Shown here: piece by piece, positions 46,426-56,422 of the stretch | Position numbering within the stretch: the stretch's first letter is position 1 | How the letters are laid out: each line of letters begins with the position of its first letter | Origin: an uncultured Candidatus Saccharibacteria bacterium | GTDB taxonomy: Bacteria > Patescibacteriota > Minisyncoccia > Phycocordibacterales > CAIRYW01 | Reading direction: 5' to 3' | Assembly (NCBI GenBank): GCA_964446625.1 | Contig: CAYUPH010000001.1 | Span: 6,283 to 70,282, forward strand | Length of the DNA stretch: 64,000 bases | Made by a program: the position numbers and the translations under genes | The notes under the pieces: generated by a model | What the model saw: only the letters and a program-made list of their open reading frames with translations | Database searches by the model: none | Told to the model about the DNA's origin: nothing

Positions 46426-46547
46426 TCAACCTAAACGAAAGAAAACGCTTTTTTCAAAACCTCGGGAGCCCTGACTGAGGGCATACGGAGAAATTTTTGA
46501 GCACAAAAATTTCGTGTTTTGAAAAAAGTGTTTTCTGGAGTGACTTT

Positions 46548-47018
46548 TTACCAAGCAAAGTGCGCGAACGCTTTGTTGGCTTCTGCCATTTTGTGAGTGT
46601 TTTCTCTTTTTCGTACAGCTTCACCTTCGTTCTTGTTTGCTGCAATAATTTCCTCAGCAAGTTTTAGGTGCATAGGCTTTCCTTTTTTAGCTCGAGCCGC
46701 CTCAATGATCCATTTCATTCCAAGGAAATTTCGTCTTTCAACTCGTACTTCTCGAGGAACTTGGTAGTTTGCTCCTCCCACTCGTCTACTTCGAACTTCC
46801 ATAAGAGGTCCTGTGTTTCTGAGGGCATTTTCAAAAATCTCAAGAGGATTTTCTACTTTTAGCTCGTCTTTGATAACATCAAAAGCTCCATTAACAATCT
46901 TTACGGCAGCGTTTTTCTTTCCGCTTTCCATAACATAGTTAATAAACTTTCCTACCTTGTCAGACTTGTAAACAAGGTCAGCTCCAGCAATATTTCGATT
47001 TTTTACTTTTCTTCGCAT
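46548..47018 (-). CDS. rpsG: 30S ribosomal protein S7
   Basis: S7 family sequence; 156 aa. Confidence 0.9.
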   Translation of the reverse strand: MRRKVKNRNIAGADLVYKSDKVGKFINYVMESGKKNAAVKIVNGAFDVIKDELKVENPLEIFENALRNTGPLMEVRSRRVGGANYQVPREVRVERRNFLGMKWIIEAARAKKGKPMHLKLAEEIIAANKNEGEAVRKRENTHKMAEANKAFAHFAW

Positions 47019-47070
47019 TTTTTTGTGTAATTATTCTCCGATTTTTCGGATACTCCACTTTGATAATAAA

Positions 47071-47487
47071 TTATTTAGCAGCCTTAGGTCGTTTTGTTCC
47101 GTAGTTACTTCGCTCCTTTCGTCGCTTGTCTACTCCGGTACAGTCGAGTCGTCCTCTTACGATTGTGTACCTTAGTCCTACATCTTTTACCTTTCCTCCT
47201 CGAAGCACTACTACTGAGTGTTCTTGTAGGTTGTGTCCTTCTCCAGGAATATAGGCAGTTACTTCCATTCCGTTTGTAAGTCTCACCCTTGCAATCTTTC
47301 GAATCGCAGAGTTAGGTTTCTTTGGAGTCTTTGTTGTTACTTTTGTGCACACCCCTCGTTTAAAAGGTGAATTATATAAAGTTGGTCTGTTGTGAAGTAC
47401 ATTAAAACCACGTCGAAGCGCCGCAGCTTTTGGCTTTCGTGCTTTTGTCTTTCGATTTCTTTTTACTAGTTGATTGATTGTTGCCAT
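47071..47487 (-). CDS. rpsL: 30S ribosomal protein S12
   Basis: [13 protein letters not shown]...PKKPNSA matches S12. Confidence 0.9.
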   Translation of the reverse strand: MATINQLVKRNRKTKARKPKAAALRRGFNVLHNRPTLYNSPFKRGVCTKVTTKTPKKPNSAIRKIARVRLTNGMEVTAYIPGEGHNLQEHSVVVLRGGKVKDVGLRYTIVRGRLDCTGVDKRRKERSNYGTKRPKAAK

Positions 47488-47554
47488 AAATTAAAATACG
47501 CTCTAAAAGCGCTCCCCGTAATTTACTATATTAATAAAATAAAAGCAAGGTTTC

Positions 47555-48181
47555 CTAGAAGCCTCCGATCAGTAAATCAAATATCTTTATAATGAGAGGC
47601 GACACTAGGTCCCAGAGGAAGAAAATAAAGATAATGATGTAAATTAAGCCAAAACGCTCCATGTGACGGCGGAAACCTTCCCCTCTTGTACCCAACAGCC
47701 CAAAAAGCACCTTTGATCCGTCGAGTGGTGGCACTGGCACCATATTGAAAACAGCAAGGACAATGTTTATAAGTATGAGTTTTCCCACAAATTCAACTGG
47801 TAGCGACAGGCCACTTTGAAGTCCAAACCGAAGAAGAAGTGCAAAAAATACGGCTAGAAAGATATTTGAAAGAGGTCCCGCAAAAGCAACGATTGCCTCG
47901 CCATACCTTCTATTCCTTAGATTATAAGGGTTTACTGGGACCGGCTTTGCATACCCAAATACAAGACCACCTGGAAGAAGTGCCAAAATAATGGGCAATA
48001 TGATTGAGCCCCATAAATCAATGTGTTTTAAAGGGTTTAAAGTAAGCCTTCCTGCGTATTTTGCAGTCTTGTCACCAAGAAGAAGCGCTGCATACCCGTG
48101 AGATATCTCATGGACGACAACACACATTACTAAGACTAAAACATCTAAAAGGTTGATTCCCATACGCACATATGATAGCAT
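47555..48181 (-). CDS. site-2 protease / peptidase M50 family membrane metalloprotease (start uncertain)
   Basis: HEISHG HExxH motif within a TM helix, plus the LDG motif; multiple TM segments. Confidence 0.65.
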   Translation of the reverse strand: MLSYVRMGINLLDVLVLVMCVVVHEISHGYAALLLGDKTAKYAGRLTLNPLKHIDLWGSIILPIILALLPGGLVFGYAKPVPVNPYNLRNRRYGEAIVAFAGPLSNIFLAVFFALLLRFGLQSGLSLPVEFVGKLILINIVLAVFNMVPVPPLDGSKVLFGLLGTRGEGFRRHMERFGLIYIIIFIFFLWDLVSPLIIKIFDLLIGGF

Positions 48182-48208
48182 AGCCAAATCAAGTTTTAAA
48201 TAAATATT

Positions 48209-48448
48209 ATGAAAGTTTGCCCAATTACACAAAAAGGTTCACGCGTCGGAGGTCGGTATTCAAACCGAACCCGTGCTACTCAGTACAACCCTTGCGGAAA
48301 AGTACGACGACAGCCAAACCTACAAAAGAAAAAGGTTTTTGTTCCTGAACTAAACAAAACAGTGTCTCTTGTGATTTCTACAAAAGCAATCAAAACCATC
48401 AACAAGAACGGAGCTTACAAGACTCTCAAGAAAGCAGGACTTATCTAA
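48209..48448 (+). CDS. rpmB: 50S ribosomal protein L28
   Basis: MKVCPITQKGSRVGGRYSNRTRATQY resembles L28 ([21 protein letters not shown]...). Confidence 0.7.
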   Translation: MKVCPITQKGSRVGGRYSNRTRATQYNPCGKVRRQPNLQKKKVFVPELNKTVSLVISTKAIKTINKNGAYKTLKKAGLI

Positions 48449-48454
48449 CAAATA

Positions 48455-48495
48455 AAACAAAAGCCGCCCCTCTGGGGCGGCTTTTGTTTTTATTT
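48455..48495. terminator. bidirectional terminator (AAAAGCCGCCCC-tct-GGGGCGGCTTTT)
   Basis: GC hairpin with A and T runs between rpmB (+) and the MBL gene (-). Confidence 0.6.
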
Positions 48496-49410
48496 AAAAA
48501 AACTTTCTTTTCTCCACATCTTCTCTCCATCTGAGATAAATGTAATTCTCCCCTCTAGGTCTGTACGCAGTACAGGAACACCAGCTTTTTGAAGAGTGTC
48601 CAAAACCTCTTTATGTGGGTGCCCATACCGATTATTTTTTCCACATGAAATCACTGCGAACTCCGGATGAACTGCTTCTACATACTGAGGAGTAGTTGAA
48701 GTGCGCGACCCGTGGTGCCCTGTTTTAAGTATTGTTCCACTAAGCTCATTTGATACACTTTCTATTTGAACCAAGTGTCTTTCTACTTGTGCGGTTGCAT
48801 CTCCCTGGAGGAGTACACTCGTTTTCCCGTACACAAGCTTTGCAACTATGGACCCATCATTTGAAGAAAGACCTGACACATCTTTGTCAGGGAAAAGAAT
48901 ATCGATATATACCCCCTCCTCTGGGTCAAGTACAATTCTTTGCCCACGACGAGCAAGAATCTTTTCTGCTCCTTCACTTTTTATTTTTTCTTCCACAGCA
49001 GCTGAAGTTGGTGTAGGGTTTTGGGTGCCCGGGTAGAAAACTTTTTCAACATCGTATCGATCAAAGACAGAGACAAATCCCTCAATATGATCCTTATCTG
49101 GATTTGTAATCATCGCTATATCAATCTTTTTATCAAAAGGCATCATTACTGCCCCGAGTTCTCCTAAAACTTCTCTTCCTGGCCCCGCGTCTATGAGCGC
49201 ATTGGCGCCATTTGGGGCTTCAATAAAAATAGCATCTCCTTGTCCAATATTTAAAAAAGAGACTTCGAGATTTCTCTCTCTTTCTTTGAATGAAATTAAG
49301 ACGAGACAAACCGAAAAAGCAAAGAGTAGGACAAAAACAAAAGTAACTAAGACTCTTTTTTTCATAATATTTATTATACATGAGCGTGCTATAATGAGGT
49401 CGTTTACCAC
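48490..49410 (-). CDS. ComEC/Rec2-type metallo-beta-lactamase domain protein (N-terminal TM anchor); corresponds to the C-terminal module of ComEC
   Basis: FLNIGQGDAIFIEAPNGANALIDAGPG...NPDKDHIEG...GHHGSRTS...RYGHP matches the ComEC C-terminal MBL domain. Confidence 0.65.
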   Translation of the reverse strand: MVNDLIIARSCIINIMKKRVLVTFVFVLLFAFSVCLVLISFKERERNLEVSFLNIGQGDAIFIEAPNGANALIDAGPGREVLGELGAVMMPFDKKIDIAMITNPDKDHIEGFVSVFDRYDVEKVFYPGTQNPTPTSAAVEEKIKSEGAEKILARRGQRIVLDPEEGVYIDILFPDKDVSGLSSNDGSIVAKLVYGKTSVLLQGDATAQVERHLVQIESVSNELSGTILKTGHHGSRTSTTPQYVEAVHPEFAVISCGKNNRYGHPHKEVLDTLQKAGVPVLRTDLEGRITFISDGEKMWRKESFFK

Positions 49411-49424
49411 TTAATACGAAAAAT

Positions 49425-50018
49425 ATGGCATTTGAAATTAAAAAATTCTCTCTTCCTGAAGTACCCGGAATTTCAGCAAAAACTTTAGAAGAGCATATAA
49501 AACTTTATGAGGGCTATGTCAAAAACGCTAACCTGATTGAAGAAAAAATAAAAGGTTACAAAGAAACAGGTGAGGACAGCTACGCTATTTCAGAACTTCA
49601 AAGACGATTTGCCTTTGAATTTAATGGAATGCGAAATCACGAATACTATTTCGAACAGCTCGAAGGAGGAAAATCGGAACTTTCTAGTGAGAGTCTTCTA
49701 GTGAAACAAATCGAGAAAGACTTTGGAAGCCTGGAGGCATGGCTCGAAAGTTTTAAAAACCTTTGTCTCACGAGGGGTATTGGTTGGGCAATTCTTTGGT
49801 TTGATAAGAGAACAGAGAAGCTTGTACAAGGGTGGGTAGACGAGCAACACCTTGGACACCTAGGAGGACTTGAGTTTATTTACGGAATTGATATGTGGGA
49901 ACACTCTTACCTTTTTGATTACATACCAGCTGAAAAGAAAAAGTATGTTGAAAGTTACCTCGCGACTACAAATCAAAAAGTATCTGAAGAAAGATTTCAA
50001 AAAGCTCTAGGAGCTTAA
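49425..50018 (+). CDS. sod: Fe/Mn superoxide dismutase
   Basis: N-terminal His pair region and the C-terminal DMWEHSYLFDY (DVWEHAYY motif). Confidence 0.8.
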   Translation: MAFEIKKFSLPEVPGISAKTLEEHIKLYEGYVKNANLIEEKIKGYKETGEDSYAISELQRRFAFEFNGMRNHEYYFEQLEGGKSELSSESLLVKQIEKDFGSLEAWLESFKNLCLTRGIGWAILWFDKRTEKLVQGWVDEQHLGHLGGLEFIYGIDMWEHSYLFDYIPAEKKKYVESYLATTNQKVSEERFQKALGA

Positions 50019-51521
50019 GTTTTCTGCTCTTTTTCTAAGGAAAAGAAAGAAAAGAATAATAATGATATAGAGAAACACCATAACAGGAAGTGTGATTTTT
50101 AATTGAATCTGGGCAAAAGAAAAAGAAGAAAAAAACTCAGCGACAAAAACAATATACTTTGCGATTATGAGTGAAACAAAAGCAAACACTTTTCCAAGTC
50201 CCGGAATTCCTCCACACACTCCAAGAAATATCCCAGATATCATCACAAAAGGTATGATGGGAAGAACAAGAAGATTAGAAAAGAGCGCAAGAGTAGAAAC
50301 AGTGCCAAAAACGAGAAGAAGATAGGGGTAAACAAGAAGTGAAACCGAAAGGGTGTCTGCGACAATCTGGCGAAAAGAAAACTTTTCGGGAAAAAAGAAG
50401 AGGGTGGTTTTTAAAACTGGAGAAAGTGAAATAACAGCAAAAGTTGCAAGGAACGACAAAATAAAAGACGTATTCCATAGCAAAATAAATGGCGACCAAA
50501 ACACCATAAGAGCACAAACAAAGAGAAGCACCTTTACTGTGCTTACTTTACGGATATACATTTTTGACAAAATAATCACCCCCGCCATAAGAGCTGACCT
50601 AACTATGGGTGCTCCCCCTCCTGTTATAAGGGTAAAGAGCAAAATACCAAGAAGCGAGAAAAAGATTCTTTTTCCTCTTCCAAACCGCGAAAAGGCTACT
50701 GCTAAAAACGAGACAACTAGTGCAATGTTATATCCAGAAAGAACTACAATATGAACGAGTCCACTGCGAACAAAATCATTTTTAACATTCTCACTAATCC
50801 CTCCCTTTCCTGCAATCGTCATTCCAGAAACAAGCGAAGCGTATGGCTCCGCCAATAAATTTTCTATGTGCGACACAAAAGAATCTTTTGCTTTAAAAAG
50901 AAATGCCAAAACCGGATTACCTACAAAAATATCCGTCTCTTCAATTTGAGGAAAATAAAAAGAAAAAAGAATGTCTTCCGATTTTGAGATATTGTCAAAA
51001 AAGACTATGTTTCCCGTCTCTTTACTATTAAAGTTTTCTATATTCTGTATATTTCCACTTAAAGCATACAAGTACCCATACTTAAACTCATCTGTACCCT
51101 GTACTGTCGCCCTAACAAGAAAAGGTGCTCTCACTACAAATACTCCATCCTTCTTTTCTTTTACAACTTTTAAAATAACACTTTTTCCACTTTTACTTCC
51201 ACCTAGTTCCTGAACAAACGAAGCACCCATTTCAACAGGTGCCTCAGAGAGAAACTCACTCTCTCTTTTTGAAAAGTTGTTTTTCTCGTACTCTGCTCTT
51301 ATTGCTCCAAGAGAGGCGAAAAATAAAAAAAGAAAAAGAAGAGAAAGAGCACCCTTCTTACCTATTCCTTCTTCTTTATAACTTCGGTAACAAAGAAGAA
51401 ATGTAGCGAGACAAATGATTCCAAGAGCGAGAAGTGAAAAAATTGAGAAGTAAAACAAAAGACCTGCGCCCACTCCGACAATAAATCCGAGCGTCGCACT
51501 ATATACCAGAAATGGTTTCAT
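50007..51521 (-). CDS. ComEC/Rec2 membrane (competence) domain protein; corresponds to the N-terminal module of ComEC
   Basis: 504-aa polytopic membrane protein with a ComEC-like N-terminal soluble region and about 8-10 TM segments. It is adjacent to the separate MBL-domain gene. Confidence 0.6.
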   Translation of the reverse strand: MKPFLVYSATLGFIVGVGAGLLFYFSIFSLLALGIICLATFLLCYRSYKEEGIGKKGALSLLFLFLFFASLGAIRAEYEKNNFSKRESEFLSEAPVEMGASFVQELGGSKSGKSVILKVVKEKKDGVFVVRAPFLVRATVQGTDEFKYGYLYALSGNIQNIENFNSKETGNIVFFDNISKSEDILFSFYFPQIEETDIFVGNPVLAFLFKAKDSFVSHIENLLAEPYASLVSGMTIAGKGGISENVKNDFVRSGLVHIVVLSGYNIALVVSFLAVAFSRFGRGKRIFFSLLGILLFTLITGGGAPIVRSALMAGVIILSKMYIRKVSTVKVLLFVCALMVFWSPFILLWNTSFILSFLATFAVISLSPVLKTTLFFFPEKFSFRQIVADTLSVSLLVYPYLLLVFGTVSTLALFSNLLVLPIIPFVMISGIFLGVCGGIPGLGKVFAFVSLIIAKYIVFVAEFFSSFSFAQIQLKITLPVMVFLYIIIILFFLFLRKRAENLSS

Positions 51522-51525
51522 GGAT

Positions 51526-52233
51526 TTAGCTTAAAAAGTCTCTTTTGATTTCTTCTTCTTGATCTGCCGAAAGAGCTTTTTTAAAACGAACACCGCTTTT
51601 TCCTTTCACTCTGTCTTCACACTCCTTCCATGTTTTATGTACTTTTATTTCTCCACCTACTAAACTGACATATGAGTACGCTTTCCCACTTCCTTTTTTT
51701 TCTTCTGTTTTTTTTGCAAATGTATCAGGCACAGTGAGACTCACTTTATAAAAAGCTGCGTCACCGTAGTAAAGATCTGCTTTTTTCCCATCAGCGAATG
51801 TTGTTGCGATTTCGTCGCATCTCTCATTTCCTTCAATTCCACTGTGCCCTGGAAGAATTTTCCAAGATACTGTCATTTTAGGAAGAATCGCATAAATCGC
51901 TTTCCATAAATCTTTATTTAAAACTTCACCTCCTTCTTTTGTTCTCCAGCCACTTCTGCTCCATCCGGGAAGCCACTTTGAAGCACCATTTGCTAGATAA
52001 CTTGAGTCAGTACAAACTAAAACATGCGCATCAAATTTCTTCTCCTCCAAATATGACAGTGCCTCTAGCGCTGCTTTCATTTCCATGCGATTGTTTGTCG
52101 TATTTTCCTCTCTTCCACCTAGCTCAAAAACTTTTCTTTCATTTCCGTTTTCTGTGTATACAATGGCACCATACCCTCCCTTCCCAGGATTTCCTCTCGA
52201 TGCTCCATCGCTAAAAATAATCGCTTTTTTCAT
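51526..52233 (-). CDS. rnhA: ribonuclease HI with a ~70-aa C-terminal extra domain
   Basis: IFSDGASRGNPGKGGYGAIV...TNNRMEMKAALEAL...CTDSSYL...GHSGIEGNERCDEIA gives the RNase H catalytic D-E-D-D pattern. The C-terminal YSYVSLVGGEIKVHKTWKECEDRV is extra. Confidence 0.75.
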   Translation of the reverse strand: MKKAIIFSDGASRGNPGKGGYGAIVYTENGNERKVFELGGREENTTNNRMEMKAALEALSYLEEKKFDAHVLVCTDSSYLANGASKWLPGWSRSGWRTKEGGEVLNKDLWKAIYAILPKMTVSWKILPGHSGIEGNERCDEIATTFADGKKADLYYGDAAFYKVSLTVPDTFAKKTEEKKGSGKAYSYVSLVGGEIKVHKTWKECEDRVKGKSGVRFKKALSADQEEEIKRDFLS

Positions 52234-52240
52234 GAGTGTA

Positions 52241-53962
52241 TTATATGTGAGAAACGACAATATCTAAAATTCGGAGCCTCACACTAGCGGCTCCAAAAAA
52301 ATCACGCTCGAGGTGTCCAACAAAAGAAAAACTTTCTCCCTCTTTTACTTTCTTTACCAGGTGTTCAGGAGCAAAAAATGCTATCGCAGGAAGAGGCCTT
52401 GAAGACCGACTAATCATCACCTTAAGATGGTTTTTTTCCTTTCCAAAAAAGCTAATATTTTCCGCGAGGGCATTTTTTATAAGAAAAGTCGGTTTTTCGT
52501 TTCCTGTGCCAAACGGAGCAAGTTTTTCAATTTCAACAAGTACACGGTTGTTTATATCGTCAGGAGATAAAACAAAATCAACAAAATTTTCTCGCGCACT
52601 TTTTTCTTCACTACCTGCTACTGCAAAAGCTTTTTCAATTTCCGCATCTAGTGTATGAACTGCATCATAGGAAACAGAAAACCCTCCTGCTTGATGGTGT
52701 CCTCCAAAGTTTACGAATACCCCCTCTGGAACAGCTGACATGATAGATGTCACACTTACTCCTTCTACACCTCTACATGATCCTTTGAGTTCTTCCTTTG
52801 AACCTTCTCTTCCCCAGAGAAAGACCGGTTTCATTTCTTTTTCAGCAATTGAACTTGCAACAAGTCCAAGTACAGCTGGCTTCCATGTTGGACTACCGAC
52901 CACAATCACTTTATTTAAAAAGTGAGGCGAGTATTTGGCTTCTATCGCTTTTTTTACTTCTTTTGCCAGATACGCAGTTGTGCCTTTTCTTTCATTATTT
53001 GCTTCCTCTAGTTTGCGAACAAGAATCTCTGCCTCCTCCTCGCTTTCTGTTGTAAGAAGATGGAAAGCATCCATAGAAATTCCCATTCGGCTTGCAGCAT
53101 TTATGCGAGGTGCAATCATAAACCCTACGTCATCTTCAGTTATTTTGCTCTGGTTTATTTTTATCTTTCGGAAAAGTTTTTGAAGTCCTACTCGTTTTGT
53201 CCGTCGAAGTACAATGAGCCCATAATATGCAAAAATTCTATTTTCTTTTTGAAGAGGCACCATATCAGAAAGTGTTGCAATACCAACAAGATCAAGGAGC
53301 CACTTCTCTTTTCCTTCTGGGATACCAAACCTTTCTTTTTGAAGAATTGCTTGTACCACTTTGAAAGCAACTCCAGCGCCACAAAGCATTTCATCTTCAT
53401 ACTCTGGCGAAATCTTTGGATTTATAACTGCGTCCGCTGGTGGAACCCCTTCTGCGCTAACAAGATGATGATCAGTTACAATAACTGAAAGACCTTTTTC
53501 TTTTGCAAACTTTACCTCTTCTACATCAGAAACACCGCAATCGACTGTAACAAGGAGATCTGTTCCCTCTTCTGCAATTTTTTGAACAGCTTCAATACTT
53601 AGCCCAAAACCTTCTTCTGCCCGGTCCGGAATGTAATTAAAAAAATTATTCGCCCCTGCCATCTTTAGAAAATCATGAAAAACAGCACCCCCAGGAATAC
53701 CGTCTGCATCGTAATCTGAAAAAATACAAATTTTTTTGTTTTCTTTGATTGCGTCCACTATAAGCTCAACCGCTCTTTCCATCCCTACCAATTTGTAAGG
53801 ATCGAAGGTATTTTCATAAGATGGTGAGAGAAAAGTTTCAGCATCTTCCAAAGTTTTCATCCCTCTGTGGTAAAAAAGATGAGCTAAAGTGTCTGAGAAT
53901 CTGCGAAACATCTCTCTTTCTGTCTCTGGAACACTTTGTTTTTCTTTGTACTCTTTTAACAT
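52241..53962 (-). CDS. recJ: single-stranded-DNA-specific exonuclease RecJ
   Basis: DHH family motifs (SDYDADG, VTDHH) and DHHA1; 573 aa. Confidence 0.85.
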   Translation of the reverse strand: MLKEYKEKQSVPETEREMFRRFSDTLAHLFYHRGMKTLEDAETFLSPSYENTFDPYKLVGMERAVELIVDAIKENKKICIFSDYDADGIPGGAVFHDFLKMAGANNFFNYIPDRAEEGFGLSIEAVQKIAEEGTDLLVTVDCGVSDVEEVKFAKEKGLSVIVTDHHLVSAEGVPPADAVINPKISPEYEDEMLCGAGVAFKVVQAILQKERFGIPEGKEKWLLDLVGIATLSDMVPLQKENRIFAYYGLIVLRRTKRVGLQKLFRKIKINQSKITEDDVGFMIAPRINAASRMGISMDAFHLLTTESEEEAEILVRKLEEANNERKGTTAYLAKEVKKAIEAKYSPHFLNKVIVVGSPTWKPAVLGLVASSIAEKEMKPVFLWGREGSKEELKGSCRGVEGVSVTSIMSAVPEGVFVNFGGHHQAGGFSVSYDAVHTLDAEIEKAFAVAGSEEKSARENFVDFVLSPDDINNRVLVEIEKLAPFGTGNEKPTFLIKNALAENISFFGKEKNHLKVMISRSSRPLPAIAFFAPEHLVKKVKEGESFSFVGHLERDFFGAASVRLRILDIVVSHI

Positions 53963-54037
53963 TTACCTATTATACTTCTTTTAATCTTCCTGCATTATTG
54001 ACTGTTGGTACCCTGTTTTGTATGGTACAATCCGCTT

Positions 54038-54451
54038 ATGGAAAACTGTATATTTTGCAAAATTATAAGCGGAGAGATCCCTGCTTTAAAGGTGTATGAA
54101 GGCGATCACACTCTTGCTTTTCTTGATATAAAACCAAATAATCCCGGACACGCTCTCGTTATTCCAAAAGATCATTTTGAGAATATTTATACCCTTCCAG
54201 ATGAAACACTTGCCCGAATGGCACTTTCGGTAAAAAAAGTAGCTCTAGCAGTAAAAGAGGCTGTCTCTGCAGATGGTATTAACATTTCAATGAACAACGA
54301 AGAAAGTGCTGGGCAAGAAATCTTTCATGCACATATACATGTCATACCTCGAAAGGAAGGCGATGGATTTAAACATTTTCCGACAACGCTCTACGAAGAA
54401 GGAGAGGCAGAAGATGTTGCAAAAAGAATTATTTCTTCTTTAGAAAACTAA
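54038..54451 (+). CDS. HIT-family (histidine triad) nucleotide hydrolase
   Basis: HAHIHVIP histidine triad; CIFCKII N-terminus. Confidence 0.8.
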   Translation: MENCIFCKIISGEIPALKVYEGDHTLAFLDIKPNNPGHALVIPKDHFENIYTLPDETLARMALSVKKVALAVKEAVSADGINISMNNEESAGQEIFHAHIHVIPRKEGDGFKHFPTTLYEEGEAEDVAKRIISSLEN

Positions 54452-55652
54452 AAATCTTCTGAAAAAAACTTTTTTCTTTTCCTAGATTGATTCGAGTCGG
54501 TTCAAAGACCTCTTTCTTTTTTGTTTGAACAAGTGCCTCAATTCCTGGCAAAGTGTCATAGAGAAGAAAATCAAGCATTGCCCCTCCTCCTGTTGATACA
54601 AAAGAAAATTTATCGAAAGCATTCATGTCGGAGAGAAGTGAAATTGTGTCTCCACCACCTACAATCGAGTACGCGTGTGAAGCAAGTATTGCGTCCACAA
54701 TTGACTGACTACCTCTTTTAAAACCAAGCTCATTTTTTCCCATAGGACCATTCCATAAAACAAATTTAGATTCGCTAATTAAACTAAAAAGTCGCCCCGC
54801 AGTTTTTTCTCCAATGTCGACAATCTTCTCCCCTACAGAAATTTTCTCTGGGTCTTTTGTTGTCGCAATTCCTTTGTAAGTAGCGACAACATCCTCTGGA
54901 ATCACAACTTTTGGGCTTTGTAGAATCGCATCCAAATCTACAGGCGTTTCTGAAACAAGAGATTCCCCAACAAAATATCCCTTTGCCTTAAACAAATCAT
55001 TTGCAAGTGCACCTCCAATAAAAACTTTATCTGCCTTTCCCATAAACTTTTCAACAAGCGGAAGTTTCGTATCAAACTTCGCTCCACCAAGGATAAAAAG
55101 AAAAGGGTGGTCGGGATCATTTACTTTTGAAAGACCCTCAATCTCTTCCTTAAGTTGAAATCCTGCAAATCCAGGAATAAACTTTGGTACCCCCACAATC
55201 GACGCATGTTCTCTGTGTGACACAGAAAAAGCGTCATTTACATACAAATCTGCTACACCTGCAAGCGCTTCAGCAAAAGGAGTGCCATTTTGCTCTTCCT
55301 CCTCAAAATGTCTGATGTTTTCAAGAAGCAAAATCCCTCCCTCTACTAGCGAATTAATCTCTTTTTTTCCTTCTTCAGAAAACGGACTATCAATAAATCG
55401 AAGGCGGGGATAGAATTGCGTGAGGTACCGAGAGACAGGCTCAAGACTCCCCCCCTCTTTTTTATCTATGTGCGACACCAAAATAACTTTTGCTCCTTTT
55501 TTTAGAAGAAAGTCTATTGTCTTCATTGATTTCACAATTCGAAAATCTTCAGTTACTTGCCCACCATCAATTCGCACGTTGAAGTCAACACGAAGTAAAA
55601 CTTTCTTCCCCTGAAGCGTAGTTACATTTTCTATAAATCTAAGATTTCTCAC
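54429..55652 (-). CDS. pgk: phosphoglycerate kinase
   Basis: LLRVDFNV N-terminal motif, 407 aa, followed by tpiA as in the canonical pgk-tpi order. Confidence 0.9.
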   Translation of the reverse strand: MRNLRFIENVTTLQGKKVLLRVDFNVRIDGGQVTEDFRIVKSMKTIDFLLKKGAKVILVSHIDKKEGGSLEPVSRYLTQFYPRLRFIDSPFSEEGKKEINSLVEGGILLLENIRHFEEEEQNGTPFAEALAGVADLYVNDAFSVSHREHASIVGVPKFIPGFAGFQLKEEIEGLSKVNDPDHPFLFILGGAKFDTKLPLVEKFMGKADKVFIGGALANDLFKAKGYFVGESLVSETPVDLDAILQSPKVVIPEDVVATYKGIATTKDPEKISVGEKIVDIGEKTAGRLFSLISESKFVLWNGPMGKNELGFKRGSQSIVDAILASHAYSIVGGGDTISLLSDMNAFDKFSFVSTGGGAMLDFLLYDTLPGIEALVQTKKKEVFEPTRINLGKEKSFFQKIFSFLKKK

Positions 55653-56382
55653 TCGCTTTTTTAATTAAGTCAGCAAACTTCTTTACAGTAAGACTCGCTC
55701 GTCCAACAAGAAATCCTGAAACACCAGGAATTGCGAGTGTTCTAATGTTTTTCGCATCTACTGATCCTCCATAAATAATTTTTGTTTTCTTTGCACCCTC
55801 CCCTGCAATGTCAGTCAGTACCTTTTGAAGAAACATAACAGCCTCTGACAAGTCTTCCGCCTCGATTACTTTTCCCTCTGTACCGATTGCCCATTTTGGC
55901 TCGTAAGCCAAGATAATATTCTTTACTGAGTTTTTTGGTACACCCTCTAGACATTCATGCAGATCATCTCGGAGATTATTATAAAACAGTCCGTCCATAT
56001 CTCTTTCACTTTCTCCGATACACACAATTGGTGTAAGCCCTGCTTTAAGTGCATTTTTAATTTTTATACCAACTGTCTCATTCGTCTCTCCGAGAGTGCG
56101 TCTTTCAGAGTGCCCAATAATAACATATTCGGCACCACCAGTTTTTGCCATCTTTGCTGTTACTTCACCTGTTCGCGCTCCAGCTTCATACCGACTAATA
56201 TCCTGAACACCGAAAGAAACTCTGGGCAAAACAGCATGAAGCCCCTGCAAAAAAAATGCTGGCGGGCAGATGACCACTTTAGCCGCTTTCGGAAAAGAGG
56301 TTTTTTTAAAATCCTTAGCAAAACTAAGTGCTTCTTTGTAATTTTCTGGATTAGCTTTCCAGTTGGCTATAAAAATACTCAT
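55639..56382 (-). CDS. tpiA: triosephosphate isomerase
   Basis: IANWKAN, IGHSERR and GGSV motifs. Confidence 0.85.
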   Translation of the reverse strand: MSIFIANWKANPENYKEALSFAKDFKKTSFPKAAKVVICPPAFFLQGLHAVLPRVSFGVQDISRYEAGARTGEVTAKMAKTGGAEYVIIGHSERRTLGETNETVGIKIKNALKAGLTPIVCIGESERDMDGLFYNNLRDDLHECLEGVPKNSVKNIILAYEPKWAIGTEGKVIEAEDLSEAVMFLQKVLTDIAGEGAKKTKIIYGGSVDAKNIRTLAIPGVSGFLVGRASLTVKKFADLIKKASEKS

Positions 56383-56422
56383 GTGCCAATTATACGGCAA
56401 CTTGGACTATATTTGAAGGTGT

